A program made the translations under genes and the position numbers. A stretch of DNA of 64,000 nucleotides from Candidatus Komeilibacteria bacterium. GTDB taxonomy: Bacteria > Patescibacteriota > Patescibacteriia > UBA1558. The notes beneath the pieces were generated by a model. It was given only the letters and a program-made list of their open reading frames with translations. It had not been told where the DNA came from and made no database searches. Positions 47,538 to 58,023 of the stretch are shown piece after piece; position 1 is the first letter of the stretch; the number at the start of each line of letters is the position of its first letter. The stretch covers positions 2,111 to 66,110 of the forward strand of contig JBLYPW010000002.1 in NCBI GenBank assembly GCA_048538275.1, read 5' to 3'.

Positions 47538-50393
47538 ATGAAGAGTTTTGCCGAGCAAGAAGTCAAAATATTGGCTCATTGGGAAAAAGACAATACCTTT
47601 CAAAAAAGTTTAGACAAACCGTCCCCGCGGGGCGATTTTGTTTTTTATGATGGACCGCCTTTTGCTACCGGTGAGCCGCATTATGGTCACATTGTAGCCA
47701 GCGTGATGAAGGATGTTGTGCCGCGTTATCAGACAATGCGCGGTTATCATGTGGAGCGAAAGTGGGGTTGGGATTGTCATGGCCTGCCGGTAGAAAATTT
47801 GGTGGAACAAGAATTGGATCTGAAAGAAAAGAGTGATATTGAAGCGATGGGTGTGGCTCAGTTTAACGACGCTTGTCGCGTTTCGGTTTTGCGCTATGCT
47901 GATAGCTGGCGCCAAGTTATACCGCGCATTGGCCGCTGGGTGGATATGGAACATGATTATAAGACCATGGATAGTGACTATATGGAATCAATTTGGTGGG
48001 TATTTAAGAATCTTTATGATCAGAGCTTGATTTATGAAGGCTATAAGTCTATGCATATTTGTCCGCGCTGTCAGACGACTTTGTCCAACTTTGAGGTGAC
48101 GCAGAATTATAAGGATATTAAGGACCTTTCTGTGACGGCTAAGTTTGCATTGCAGGACGAGCCCGGTACTTATTTATTGGCTTGGACTACCACGCCTTGG
48201 ACTTTGCCCGGCAATGTAGCTTTGGCAGTGAATCCTAAAATAAAATATGTCAAAGTTAAGATAGGTGAGGATAATTATATTGTGGCAAAAGATAGTCTAG
48301 ACAGGGTTATGATGGACAAGGACTATAAGGTAGTTAGTGATGTTGATATTAACTCATTATTAGAAAAAAAATATCAACCGTTATTTGATTATTATGTTCA
48401 ATCTGATTTGGACAATAAAGATAATATTTATACCATTCAATTAGCAGATTTTGTTACAGCAGAAGATGGTACTGGGATTGTTCATATTGCACCGGCTTTT
48501 GGTGAAGATGATTTGCAGTTGGGTCAGGCCAAAGATTTGCCTTTTATCCAACACGTTGATGAATCTGGTAAGTTTAAAGACGAGGTAAGAGAGTGGGCCG
48601 GTCAGTCGGTCAAACCTAAAGACAATCCGCAACAAGCCGACATTGAAATTATCAAATATTTAGCGGCTCAGGATTTATTATTCTCCAAATTAAAATATGA
48701 GCACAGTTATCCGCATTGTTGGCGTTGCGATACGCCATTATTAAACTACGCAACCTCATCTTGGTTTGTGAAAGTGACGGCGATCAAAGACAAAATGTTG
48801 AAGAATAATGAGGAAATTAATTGGCAGCCAGAACATATTAAAAACGGACGCTTTGGCAAGTGGCTGGAGGGAGCGCGTGATTGGGCAATTTCTCGCCAGC
48901 GCTATTGGGGTGCCGGTTTACCAATTTGGAAACACAATGTTACCGGCGAGATTAAATGTATTGCCAGTGTAGCTGAGTTGGAAAAATTGACCGGTCAGCC
49001 GATCAAAGACCTGCACCGCCCTTATATTGATGATATTGCTTGGTCAGATGAGCAGGGTAAGTGGCAACGCATTCCTGATGTGCTGGATTGTTGGTTTGAA
49101 TCAGGCTCCATGCCTTATGCCCAGAATCATTACACCGGTGAAGCGCAACCGAAATTTGATCCGACTCAGGGTAAAAATTTTCCGGCTCAGTTTATTGCTG
49201 AGGGGCAAGATCAGACCCGGGGTTGGTTTTATACTTTGATTGTATTGTCCACCGCATTATTTGACCAGCCGGCTTTTACTAATGTGATCGTCAATGGCAT
49301 AGTATTGGCGGAGGATGGTGCGAAAATGTCAAAGCGCCTACGCAATTATCCTGATCCGATGACAGTGATTGATAAATACGGCGCTGATGCTTTGCGGTAT
49401 TATTTATTAACTTCACCAGTGATCAAAGCCATGGATTTGCGTTTTTCGGAGAAAGATGTTGCCGAAGTTTATCGTAATGTTATTATGACTACTGTGAATA
49501 TCGTATCTTTTTATAAAATGTATGCCAATAGTGCCAGCGATGATAAAGAGTCCAGTGTATTGGATGATTGGCTAACGGCGCGTTGGCAGCAAATTGCACG
49601 CACAGTGACCAAGCATATGGAGACTTATCGTTTGGTAGAAGCCGCGCGTCCATTGGCTGAGTTTATCAATGATTTTTCTACTTGGTATATTCGTCGTAGC
49701 CGTGATCGCTTTAAGGCTGGTTCTAGCGCGGCTATTCAGACAACCCGGACCGTTTTATTGGACTTGGCTAAAATAAGCGCTCCTTTTATGCCGTTTTTGG
49801 CAGAGTGGATTTATCAAGAGCTGGGCAGTACAGCATCGGTTCATTTGGAAGATTGGCCGTCGGCAGGCAAATTGTCTGATGATCAGGAAAAAGTTTTGGC
49901 CAAAATGTCAGCCGTGCGCAGCTTGGTGGAGCGAGGTCATGCTTTGCGCGATGAAGCTGGTATTAAGGTGCGTCAGCCCCTGTCCAGTTTTACTGTGTAT
50001 AATGATGTTTTGCAAAACAATGATGCTGAGTATTTAGAAATTTTGGCGGCGGAATTAAATGTTAGGAAAATTGTATTAGCTGACACCTTATTAGACGATG
50101 CTATTTTGGATACTAAAATAACTCCCGCATTGCAGCGGGCTGGTGATTTGCGGGAGCTGATTCGTCATGTTAATAATTTACGTAAGCAAGCTGGTTTAAC
50201 GATTGCAGATCGGATTATTTTATATTGGCAAAGTAGGGATAAAGATTTGCAAGAACTATTTAGCACAGCCGATACCGAAATTAAGCAGCAAGTATTAGCG
50301 GATAATATTGTGAATGATAATAAACCTGGTTTGATTACAGATGAGGTAAAAATCAATGGCAAAGATTTGCGATTGAGTTTAACAAAAGAATAA
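47538..50393 (+). CDS. ileS: Isoleucine--tRNA ligase (IleRS2, archaeal/eukaryotic-like type)
   Basis: DGPPFATGEPHYGH (HIGH), GWDCHGLPVE, WTTTPWTLP, DWAISRQRYWG, EGQDQTRGWFY, KMSKR. Confidence 0.96.
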   Translation: MKSFAEQEVKILAHWEKDNTFQKSLDKPSPRGDFVFYDGPPFATGEPHYGHIVASVMKDVVPRYQTMRGYHVERKWGWDCHGLPVENLVEQELDLKEKSDIEAMGVAQFNDACRVSVLRYADSWRQVIPRIGRWVDMEHDYKTMDSDYMESIWWVFKNLYDQSLIYEGYKSMHICPRCQTTLSNFEVTQNYKDIKDLSVTAKFALQDEPGTYLLAWTTTPWTLPGNVALAVNPKIKYVKVKIGEDNYIVAKDSLDRVMMDKDYKVVSDVDINSLLEKKYQPLFDYYVQSDLDNKDNIYTIQLADFVTAEDGTGIVHIAPAFGEDDLQLGQAKDLPFIQHVDESGKFKDEVREWAGQSVKPKDNPQQADIEIIKYLAAQDLLFSKLKYEHSYPHCWRCDTPLLNYATSSWFVKVTAIKDKMLKNNEEINWQPEHIKNGRFGKWLEGARDWAISRQRYWGAGLPIWKHNVTGEIKCIASVAELEKLTGQPIKDLHRPYIDDIAWSDEQGKWQRIPDVLDCWFESGSMPYAQNHYTGEAQPKFDPTQGKNFPAQFIAEGQDQTRGWFYTLIVLSTALFDQPAFTNVIVNGIVLAEDGAKMSKRLRNYPDPMTVIDKYGADALRYYLLTSPVIKAMDLRFSEKDVAEVYRNVIMTTVNIVSFYKMYANSASDDKESSVLDDWLTARWQQIARTVTKHMETYRLVEAARPLAEFINDFSTWYIRRSRDRFKAGSSAAIQTTRTVLLDLAKISAPFMPFLAEWIYQELGSTASVHLEDWPSAGKLSDDQEKVLAKMSAVRSLVERGHALRDEAGIKVRQPLSSFTVYNDVLQNNDAEYLEILAAELNVRKIVLADTLLDDAILDTKITPALQRAGDLRELIRHVNNLRKQAGLTIADRIILYWQSRDKDLQELFSTADTEIKQQVLADNIVNDNKPGLITDEVKINGKDLRLSLTKE

Positions 50394-50503
50394 TCTTAAG
50401 TTTATCAGTTTGGCAGGTTTTAAGTTGTGTGTATTATTATCAAAATCAAAAAATAATAATGTCCAATTTATAAACTTAACACTTACCAATTCATTCACTA
50501 TTC

Positions 50504-51190
50504 ATGGGTTATCTCAAAGAAAACGCCATTGTATTACGCCAAACCACCGTGAGAAGAGGAGACCGGTGGTATACTTTATTATGTTCCGTAGCCGGCAAGC
50601 TGGATGTATTGGTGCGTAGTGCAGCCAGCAGTAAAAGTAAGCTGGCGGGGCATTTGTCAGTAGGCAGTAAGGTGGCGGTAATGTTAGCGCCGGGTAAGAG
50701 TATTATTCATTTAGCTGGTGTGAAACGTTTGCATAATTATCACCGGCCAGATCAAGAATTAGCCAGTTTATTACTGCGTTGGTCGTTGTTACACAGGACG
50801 GATCGTTTGTTATTTGGCAATGAAAATATTAATGACATATACCCGGTTTTAGATGATGTGTTATCTGTTTTATCAGATATGTCAGTTAGTAAACAATGGC
50901 AATTGGCTGATATTTATTTAGCGCATTTATTGGGCGCGGTGGGATTGGCGCCGGATTTTAAAACAGCCGGTCATTATTTTAGCTTAGGGCAAGCTCGTTC
51001 TAGCAGGCAGGTAGACGATTGGCCACAATTATTATCGTCAGAAACAATGACAGCCGCCGCTTATTGGTTTAGCCCGGCACACAATTGGCCAGACAAAATA
51101 GTATATTGGCAAAAAATTAGTAAGCCAAAAGGTTTATTTGCGCAATTTCACAGTTTGGTAGATAATTATTATAGATATCAAACCAGTTAA
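50504..51190 (+). CDS. recO: DNA repair protein RecO (divergent)
   Basis: AIVLRQ...DRWYTLL...GKLDVLVRSA..SKSKLAGHL N-terminal OB-fold pattern; GLAPDF. Confidence 0.7.
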   Translation: MGYLKENAIVLRQTTVRRGDRWYTLLCSVAGKLDVLVRSAASSKSKLAGHLSVGSKVAVMLAPGKSIIHLAGVKRLHNYHRPDQELASLLLRWSLLHRTDRLLFGNENINDIYPVLDDVLSVLSDMSVSKQWQLADIYLAHLLGAVGLAPDFKTAGHYFSLGQARSSRQVDDWPQLLSSETMTAAAYWFSPAHNWPDKIVYWQKISKPKGLFAQFHSLVDNYYRYQTS

Positions 51191-51193
51191 TTT

Positions 51194-53005
51194 ATGTCCG
51201 ACACTAATAAAGAAAAAGAATTAGACATGATACGTCAGGCTTTTGGTAATAGCGATTATCGTATGACCAAGCCGGTGGCTAATAAACCGATTTTAGATAA
51301 GCGGCGTCGTTTATTACCATGGTTGGCGGCAGCTTTGGTAGTCAGCTTGGCTTTGACTATTTATTTTGGCATCAATACTATTCAAGGGACTGATCAGTCA
51401 ATTTTACTCAATATTGATTCTAGCTCAGAAGTGGTTGCCGGCAAACAAGTAAGTTATACTATTCATTATCAAAATGAAGATAAGGTGCCCATGACTCAGT
51501 TGTCTTTGAGTATTATTTATCCGGACGGCTTTACTTTCCAATCCGCTTCAACGGTACCAGCTAATGATGGTAAAAATTATTGGGAATTGCCGGATTTGCC
51601 GGCTCGTACAGCTAGTGCTATACAGGTGAACGGTTATTTAATAGGAGAGCAGGGTGAAAATAAAAATATTAAGGTGGAACTAGCTTATGAACCGGCTAAT
51701 TTTTCTTCCACTTTTGTGGCAGCGGCAGAATTTTCTCAAACTATTACTGATTTGGCTGTAGATATGTGGGCAGATGCGCCCAGCGAAGCCTTGCCGGGAG
51801 AATCTATTGGTTTGAAAATACATATTTTGAATCATCAGACTGACAATTGGCAACCATTGGCCGTAGAACTCACTTTGCCGGATCAAATTATGCTTTTGGA
51901 TGCTGACCCGGCCATTGAGTCAGATAATTTAATTCCTACTTGGCATATAGATAGTTTAGACCCCGAGCAAGAGAAAATTATTATGTTGCGGGCTGAAATA
52001 ATAGATGGGATCACTTTGGATAGATTGATTTGGCATTTACAGCTTTGGTCCGGTCTTGATAAGGATAAAAGAATATTATTGGATGATGATAGCGCCCAGA
52101 TTGATATTGCTAAACCTCAGGTGGTCGCTAGCTTAGCTTTGGCTGATGATAAAAATTTGATAAATTGGGGGGATATTATAAATTATCAATTAAAAATAAC
52201 TAATACGGGAGAATATACATTACATGATGCTACGCTTAGTTTATTATTGGATAGTGATTTTATAAATTGGCAAAACTGGCAAGCCAGCACTGGTATGCGT
52301 CGGGAAGATAATAAGGTGATTTGGACGACAGACCATCCCAAAGTTGGAGATAAGTTAAAGAATTTTGCGCCTGGCGATGAAATCAATATAAAGATTGGTG
52401 CCAAGTTACAAAATAAACCGATTGACGCGAATACTTTAACCTCAGCTGATTTATTAGTGCGCAGTGTGGCAAAATTGTCGGTACCGATTGGTCAGGGTGA
52501 ATATGTATCGGCCAGTGATACCATAACCGTGCAAATCGGGCAATTGCTTAGTTTGACCATGCGGCCATATTATTATGATGGTAGTGGTCAGGCGGTGGGT
52601 AGTGGGGCCATGCCACCGCAAGTAGGTTTGCCTACTGTTTATATCATTGATTGGCAATTAGCAGTCGGTCCTCAAGATTTGCAGTCTATTAGCTTATCCT
52701 CTTCCTTGCCCCCAGGAGTTGATTGGGTGGGTAGCAGCGGTGACGCGTCGGTAGAAATTAATAATTTGACGAAAGAAATTTCTTTATCTTTTGATAATTT
52801 ATCAGCCAGTAGTGTTTTAGCGGGAAGCTGGCAAGTACAGCTAAAACCCGAGGCCGATGATGTGGGGCAGTGGCCAATATTATTAAATCCTTGGCATATG
52901 CAAGCTAATGCTGGCGAGGTAGTTTGGCAAGGACAGACAGATGCTATCAATAGTCGTTTATTGACAGATAGCAAGGCCGCCAATAATGATAAAGTTATAA
53001 AGTAA
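51194..53005 (+). CDS. Membrane-anchored protein with Ig-like (DUF11-like) repeats
   Basis: One TM helix, then beta-rich repeats such as VAGKQVSYTIHYQN...YPDGFTFQSAS...WELPDL. Confidence 0.6.
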   Translation: MSDTNKEKELDMIRQAFGNSDYRMTKPVANKPILDKRRRLLPWLAAALVVSLALTIYFGINTIQGTDQSILLNIDSSSEVVAGKQVSYTIHYQNEDKVPMTQLSLSIIYPDGFTFQSASTVPANDGKNYWELPDLPARTASAIQVNGYLIGEQGENKNIKVELAYEPANFSSTFVAAAEFSQTITDLAVDMWADAPSEALPGESIGLKIHILNHQTDNWQPLAVELTLPDQIMLLDADPAIESDNLIPTWHIDSLDPEQEKIIMLRAEIIDGITLDRLIWHLQLWSGLDKDKRILLDDDSAQIDIAKPQVVASLALADDKNLINWGDIINYQLKITNTGEYTLHDATLSLLLDSDFINWQNWQASTGMRREDNKVIWTTDHPKVGDKLKNFAPGDEINIKIGAKLQNKPIDANTLTSADLLVRSVAKLSVPIGQGEYVSASDTITVQIGQLLSLTMRPYYYDGSGQAVGSGAMPPQVGLPTVYIIDWQLAVGPQDLQSISLSSSLPPGVDWVGSSGDASVEINNLTKEISLSFDNLSASSVLAGSWQVQLKPEADDVGQWPILLNPWHMQANAGEVVWQGQTDAINSRLLTDSKAANNDKVIK

Positions 53006-53012
53006 TAATTTT

Positions 53013-54212
53013 ATGATTGGTGACTGGCGAGTATTAAAAAAATCAACCATTTCATCCGCGCGCAGAGGGCGTTTGGTCACGGGGCATGGTATTATCCAAA
53101 CCCCATTTTTTATGCCTATTGCCACCAAGGGCACGGTTAAAAGTTTAAGTGGTGATGATATGTCAGCTTTAGGTGCGCAGATTGTTTTGGCTAATACTTA
53201 TCATCTATATTTGCGTCCGGGATTAGAAGTATTGCGTCGGGTCGGCGGTTTGCACAATTTTATGAATTGGTCTGGGCCGATATTGACTGATTCAGGCGGT
53301 TTTCAGGTTTTTTCCTTGGCTGCCAGCGTGCAGCGAGTAGGCGTAAATAAAACCGGCCAAGCAGTTAAGGTAGATAGAAAAATCAGTCAACGCGGAGTAG
53401 AATTTCGTTCTTTCTGGGATGGATCAAAGCACTTATTTACCCCAGCCAAAGTTTTACATATTCAAAAAATAATTGGCTCGGATATAGCGATGGTGCTTGA
53501 CGAATGCGTGGGCAATCCCGCCACGCGCGAGCAAGCAGAGCAAGCTCTGCGCCGCACCACGCAGTGGGCGGGCCAGTCCCTGGCCGCTCGCGCTAAGTAT
53601 TTGGACTCTGCCCAATTATTATTTGCCATTGTGCAGGGATCAACTTATCAAGATTTACGTTTAACTTCCGCGCAAGAGTTGATTGCTTTGCAAGGGAGCG
53701 GTAAAAAAGTTTGGGATGGCTTTGCTATTGGCGGATTAGCAGTGGGTGAGAGTAATAAACAAATGTATCAAGTGCTTGATTATACGGTGCCGGCCTTACC
53801 AAGTGATAAACCGCGGTATTTGATGGGAGTTGGTTATCCTGATAATATCATTGAGGCTGTCAGACGAGGAGTTGATATGTTTGATTGTGTTATTCCAACT
53901 CGCGAGGCACGGCACGGACGATTGTATAAGTGGCTTTATTCAGATATAGCCAGTACTATCAAGGCTATTGTTGGAGGAAAACAATTTTATACCACTATCA
54001 ATATAAACAATGCTAGCTTTGCTCAGTCTTCAGTGATTTTACGACCAAACTTTTCTGCCAGTTGGTTGGATAATTATTCTTTAGCCTATTGGCATCATTT
54101 GTTTAAAGTAGGTGAGCCGCTAGCGCTACGTCTGGCTACTTGGAATAATGTTGCCTTTTACTTACAGTTAATGGCGCTATTGCGGCGAGCCATAAAGGAG
54201 GATCGTTTATGA
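53013..54212 (+). CDS. tgt: tRNA-guanine transglycosylase
   Basis: TPFFMPIAT, LANTYHL, LTDSGGFQVFSL, IVQG, GGLAVGE, PRYLMGVG, GVDMFDCVIPTR. Confidence 0.93.
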   Translation: MIGDWRVLKKSTISSARRGRLVTGHGIIQTPFFMPIATKGTVKSLSGDDMSALGAQIVLANTYHLYLRPGLEVLRRVGGLHNFMNWSGPILTDSGGFQVFSLAASVQRVGVNKTGQAVKVDRKISQRGVEFRSFWDGSKHLFTPAKVLHIQKIIGSDIAMVLDECVGNPATREQAEQALRRTTQWAGQSLAARAKYLDSAQLLFAIVQGSTYQDLRLTSAQELIALQGSGKKVWDGFAIGGLAVGESNKQMYQVLDYTVPALPSDKPRYLMGVGYPDNIIEAVRRGVDMFDCVIPTREARHGRLYKWLYSDIASTIKAIVGGKQFYTTININNASFAQSSVILRPNFSASWLDNYSLAYWHHLFKVGEPLALRLATWNNVAFYLQLMALLRRAIKEDRL

Positions 54213-54487
54213 ATATAATTATTTTTGCAGTTGCTTTACTTTTACTTTGGGTTGGTTTTTTATTGCGCGGCCGGCAAGTGGTTTGGCAGGTAGCGGAATT
54301 AAACCCCCGTCAACAAGCTTGGTGGCGTGGCCAACTAGCTTTGGCTAATTATTGTTTATGGGCAGCAGCGTTTTCCTTTGTCTGCGGTATTATTTGGTGG
54401 TGGTGGCCGGTTGTCGTATGGCTTTGGTTGGGCGTATTGCTGATTGGATTGTGGTATATTACTTATATTAGTTATTCCAAAAAATAA
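54209..54487 (+). CDS. Small membrane protein
   Basis: Hydrophobic Trp-rich helices; 4-nt overlap with the tgt stop. Confidence 0.6.
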   Translation: MNIIIFAVALLLLWVGFLLRGRQVVWQVAELNPRQQAWWRGQLALANYCLWAAAFSFVCGIIWWWWPVVVWLWLGVLLIGLWYITYISYSKK

Positions 54488-54509
54488 GTAAAAATGGTAT
54501 AATTTTTAC

Positions 54510-54872
54510 ATGATAACAAAAGCCGAAGCAATTTACGCTACCCGTTATTTATTGTGGGATTTTGTACGCGATATAATATATTTTCCTATTTGGTGGTATA
54601 GTGCGGGCCTGATTTTGGCTGGACGTTGGTTTAGCCGCGGCTTGCGTGCTGGTACGCAACGTTTAGCGCTGGTAATTTTGTTCCGTTATTGGTTTAAGCC
54701 GATGTATGGCCAAACTGATTGGCAGGGCAAGATTATCAGTTTTTTTATGCGCACCGTTACTTTGCTTTGGAAATTTTTCTTGTGGATGATTTGGCTAGCT
54801 ATTATGTTGGCATTATTGGCGGCCTATATTATTATTTTGCCAGCCATTCTTTATGAATTGTTTTTTGTTTAA
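54510..54872 (+). CDS. Conserved membrane protein upstream of the Clp ATPase
   Basis: IYFPIWWYS.G...WFKPMYGQ.DWQG.IISFFMR plus hydrophobic helices. Confidence 0.7.
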   Translation: MITKAEAIYATRYLLWDFVRDIIYFPIWWYSAGLILAGRWFSRGLRAGTQRLALVILFRYWFKPMYGQTDWQGKIISFFMRTVTLLWKFFLWMIWLAIMLALLAAYIIILPAILYELFFV

Positions 54873-54875
54873 ATT

Positions 54876-57497
54876 ATGAATAAACAGCCAGCACAAACTA
54901 TAAATTTGGAAGGTTATGATATTTATTGGGGCAAAAGCTATTCTACTCTATCTGTTTTGGTAGATCGTATTCATCATGGTATCCGGCTGGTATGGCTAGG
55001 AATATTATGGTTATTGGTAGCGGCCGGTTGGGTGGTCTTTATTTGGCATATATATAAACTGATTGACGCGCATTATGACTTTTTCTTAGTCAGTAGCTGG
55101 CAGGGCGATCATTTGCATTGGTGGTGGTTTGGTATTTTAGTGATGTTATATATTTTTTATTATCATCAAAAAGATAAAGGTGGTCGTTATACGGTTCTTC
55201 AGCCGGGAGATATTGATAAACATAAAAAGCGAGAGTCTTTGGATATTAGTTTTGCTTTTAGTCGGGCTAGTCATAAGGCAATGGAGCGGGCTTATGAAAT
55301 CGCTCACCAAGATAGTGGCAGCGCTATTCAATCTTTACATATTTTTGCCTCTTTATTACATGATGAGCGGGTTGGTTTGATTTTGCATCGTCTTGGTGTT
55401 GCTAGTGTAGATATACAGCAAACCACAGATCGTCTCATAAAAAATGACGGACTGATTTCGCCGACCAGTAGTTTGAATTTGGATGACAATGCTAGCCATG
55501 TAGTTTTATCCGCTTATTTAACCGCTTATCAACGTGGTGATAGCCAAGTAGAGATTCCTGATTTATTGTCAGCGGTGGTAGAAAGGGATGTTAAAGTCAA
55601 GGAGATTCTATTTGCTTATAAATTAACTGAAGATCAAATTAATAATGTCATAGCTTGGCTGCGTATTCAGCAGGCTTTGGCGGATCGTTATCGTCGCTAT
55701 CAGTATAAAGCCGGGTTTCGCCCCAAAGGAACAATGGACAAGGCTATGACCGCGGTAGCCACCCCCACCCTAGATCAATATAGTGATGATTTTACTGCTT
55801 TGGCTAAGGCTGGTTATTTTGGCCTGTGCGTGGCACGCGAAAAAGAATTTAATGAGCTATATAATATTTTAGAAGGTGGTGGAGCGCCATTATTGGTCGG
55901 TAATCCTGGCGTGGGGGTGGATAGTATAATTGAAGGTTTGGCTAATCGGATGGCGGCAGATGAAGTGCCGGCAGTTTTACAAGACAAACGCTTAGTGTCT
56001 TTGCATATATCAAAATTAGTAGCCGGCGCCACTACGGCCGGTGAATTGGAAGAGCGGGTAATGCGCCTGGTGTTTGAAATTAGTCGGGCTGGCAATATTG
56101 CATTATATATCAATAATTTACATAATTTGGTGGGCATTGGTGCGGCTGGTGCCAGTAATGTTGATTTGGCTGATGTACTGACGGAAAGTTTGATGAAACG
56201 CGGTATGTTGGTGCTAGGATCTACGACACCAAATGATTTCCGTAAATATATAGAGCATAGTGCTTTTAATAATTATTTTGATAAATTAGAAATAAATGAA
56301 CCTGATATAAATCAAGCCATTCAAATGCTAGAGGCCAATATTGGCAGTATAGAACATAAACAGGAAGTATTTTTTTCTTATGAAGCTTTAGATCGGGCGG
56401 TGGTATTGTCACAGCGTTATATTCCGGATCATTTTTTGCCCAGCAAAGCGATAAATATAGTAGAAGAAGTAGCCGCTCGTGTACGCAGTCAGCGAGGTAA
56501 GGATCAGTTGGTTAGCGGTCAGGATGTAGCCGAGCTTATTTCTAGTAAGACAGACATACCGCTGACTGCAGTGACCAGTGATGAATCGGCCAAATTATTA
56601 AATCTAGAGGAATTAATTCATCAAAGTATCGTCAATCAAAGTGAAGCCGTGAAGGTAGTATCTGCTGCCTTGCGGCGAGCGCGGGCTGAACTGCGCGATA
56701 CTAAGCGACCGATTGCCAGTTTCCTTTTTTTGGGTCCGACGGGCGTTGGTAAATCAGAGTTAGCCAAGACATTGGCAGCGGTTTATTTTGGCGGTAGCGA
56801 ACGTATGATCCGTTTGGATATGTCAGAGTATCAAGAAAAAAATAGTTTACAGCGCATGTTAGGTACTCCCGGAAGCAATGAGGGCGGTATTTTAACCGAA
56901 GCAGTGCGTGAATCTCCTTATTCTATTTTATTATTAGATGAAATAGAAAAAGCCCATCCTGATATTTTAAATATTTTTTTACAGGTAATGGAGGATGGAA
57001 GATTGACGGATGTGACTGGCCGGACGGTTGATTTTACCAATCTAATTATTATTGCTACTTCCAATGCGGGCACCAATTATATTCAAGATCAGACTAAGGC
57101 CGGTGCTACGGCAGAACAAATAAAAAATGCCTTATTAGAATCAGAATTACGTCCTTATTTTCGTCCTGAGTTTTTGAATCGTTTTGATAATATTGTTGTG
57201 TTCAAGCCATTAACCCAGGATCACATTGAACAGATCGCTGTTTTATTATTAAACGGTCAAAAAAAGCGCTTGGCTACCAAGGGAATATTTTTGGAAGCTA
57301 CACCGGCGGCAATTAAAGAGTTGGCGATTGCTGGCTATGATCCAAAATTTGGCGCTCGTCCTTTGCGTCGCGTTATTCAAGAGCAGGTGGAGAACGCCTT
57401 GGCCAACTTTTTATTAAAAGGCAAAATAGATCGTCGCGATAAGGTGATATTAGAAGCTGGTGGACAGATTCGCGTGGAAAAAGCCCAAAAATTGTAA
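54876..57497 (+). CDS. ClpA/B/C-family AAA+ ATPase with N-terminal TM helices
   Basis: Clp N-domain; degenerate NBD1 (GNPGVGVD); intact NBD2 (FLFLGPTGVGKS, LLDEIEKAH, FRPEFLNR, GARPLRR). Confidence 0.9.
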   Translation: MNKQPAQTINLEGYDIYWGKSYSTLSVLVDRIHHGIRLVWLGILWLLVAAGWVVFIWHIYKLIDAHYDFFLVSSWQGDHLHWWWFGILVMLYIFYYHQKDKGGRYTVLQPGDIDKHKKRESLDISFAFSRASHKAMERAYEIAHQDSGSAIQSLHIFASLLHDERVGLILHRLGVASVDIQQTTDRLIKNDGLISPTSSLNLDDNASHVVLSAYLTAYQRGDSQVEIPDLLSAVVERDVKVKEILFAYKLTEDQINNVIAWLRIQQALADRYRRYQYKAGFRPKGTMDKAMTAVATPTLDQYSDDFTALAKAGYFGLCVAREKEFNELYNILEGGGAPLLVGNPGVGVDSIIEGLANRMAADEVPAVLQDKRLVSLHISKLVAGATTAGELEERVMRLVFEISRAGNIALYINNLHNLVGIGAAGASNVDLADVLTESLMKRGMLVLGSTTPNDFRKYIEHSAFNNYFDKLEINEPDINQAIQMLEANIGSIEHKQEVFFSYEALDRAVVLSQRYIPDHFLPSKAINIVEEVAARVRSQRGKDQLVSGQDVAELISSKTDIPLTAVTSDESAKLLNLEELIHQSIVNQSEAVKVVSAALRRARAELRDTKRPIASFLFLGPTGVGKSELAKTLAAVYFGGSERMIRLDMSEYQEKNSLQRMLGTPGSNEGGILTEAVRESPYSILLLDEIEKAHPDILNIFLQVMEDGRLTDVTGRTVDFTNLIIIATSNAGTNYIQDQTKAGATAEQIKNALLESELRPYFRPEFLNRFDNIVVFKPLTQDHIEQIAVLLLNGQKKRLATKGIFLEATPAAIKELAIAGYDPKFGARPLRRVIQEQVENALANFLLKGKIDRRDKVILEAGGQIRVEKAQKL

Positions 57498-57500
57498 TTC

Positions 57501-57538
57501 AATTCAACCTTCAAGGTTTAGACCTTGAAGGTTGAATT
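57501..57538. repeat. REP-D palindrome upstream of RAYT3
   Basis: aattcaaccttcaaggt-ttag-accttgaaggttgaatt. Confidence 0.88.
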
Positions 57539-57572
57539 TGACCAATACGCAGCGGTGTGTTAAGTTCCAAAT

Positions 57573-57606
57573 AACAGGGTTGATTTAATTATTGACCCGT
57601 TTTTTT
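57573..57606 (+). promoter_or_regulatory. Conserved RAYT 5' hairpin with T-run before the RAYT3 ATG
   Basis: aacaGGGTtgatttaattattgACCCgttttttt-ATG. Confidence 0.55.
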
Positions 57607-58023
57607 ATGCCTAATGTAGCACGTAATTTTTTTCCTGGTAGCATTCACCATGTTTATAATAGGGCTAATGCAGGATTGATTATTTTTAGAAATGACAGGG
57701 ATTATGCTTATTTTTTGCATAGAATTAGTGTTTATAGGAAAAGAACCAGAGTTCATATCATCACTCAAGCCGTGTTACCAAACCATTGGCATTTTCTTTT
57801 GCAAGAGCCTAATGATGTGATAGGCAATAATAAATTACCCGCTATTTCAAAATTTGTGTCCTTATTATCTAATTCTTATACTAGATATTTTCAGTTAAAA
57901 TATGGTTATTTGGGGAGAATATTCCAGGGGCAGTTTAAGTCTAAGTGGGTTGAAGATGATGATTATTATGCTTATTTAATTGATTATATAACTCATAATA
58001 AGTTGCATCACCGCCAACCTTGA
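57607..58023 (+). mobile_element. RAYT3: REP-associated HUH tyrosine transposase, short C-terminus
   Basis: Probable start ATG 57607 (MPNVAR, compare RAYT1 MPKIER); PGSIHHVYNR, PNHWHFLLQE, GRIFQGQFKSK, YLIDYI. Confidence 0.83.

Noticed and set aside
50410-50619. 69-aa ORF overlapping recO, and the many short ORFs nested in long genes
   Set aside because: Alternative-frame or antisense shadows of well-supported CDSs, with no recognisable motifs.
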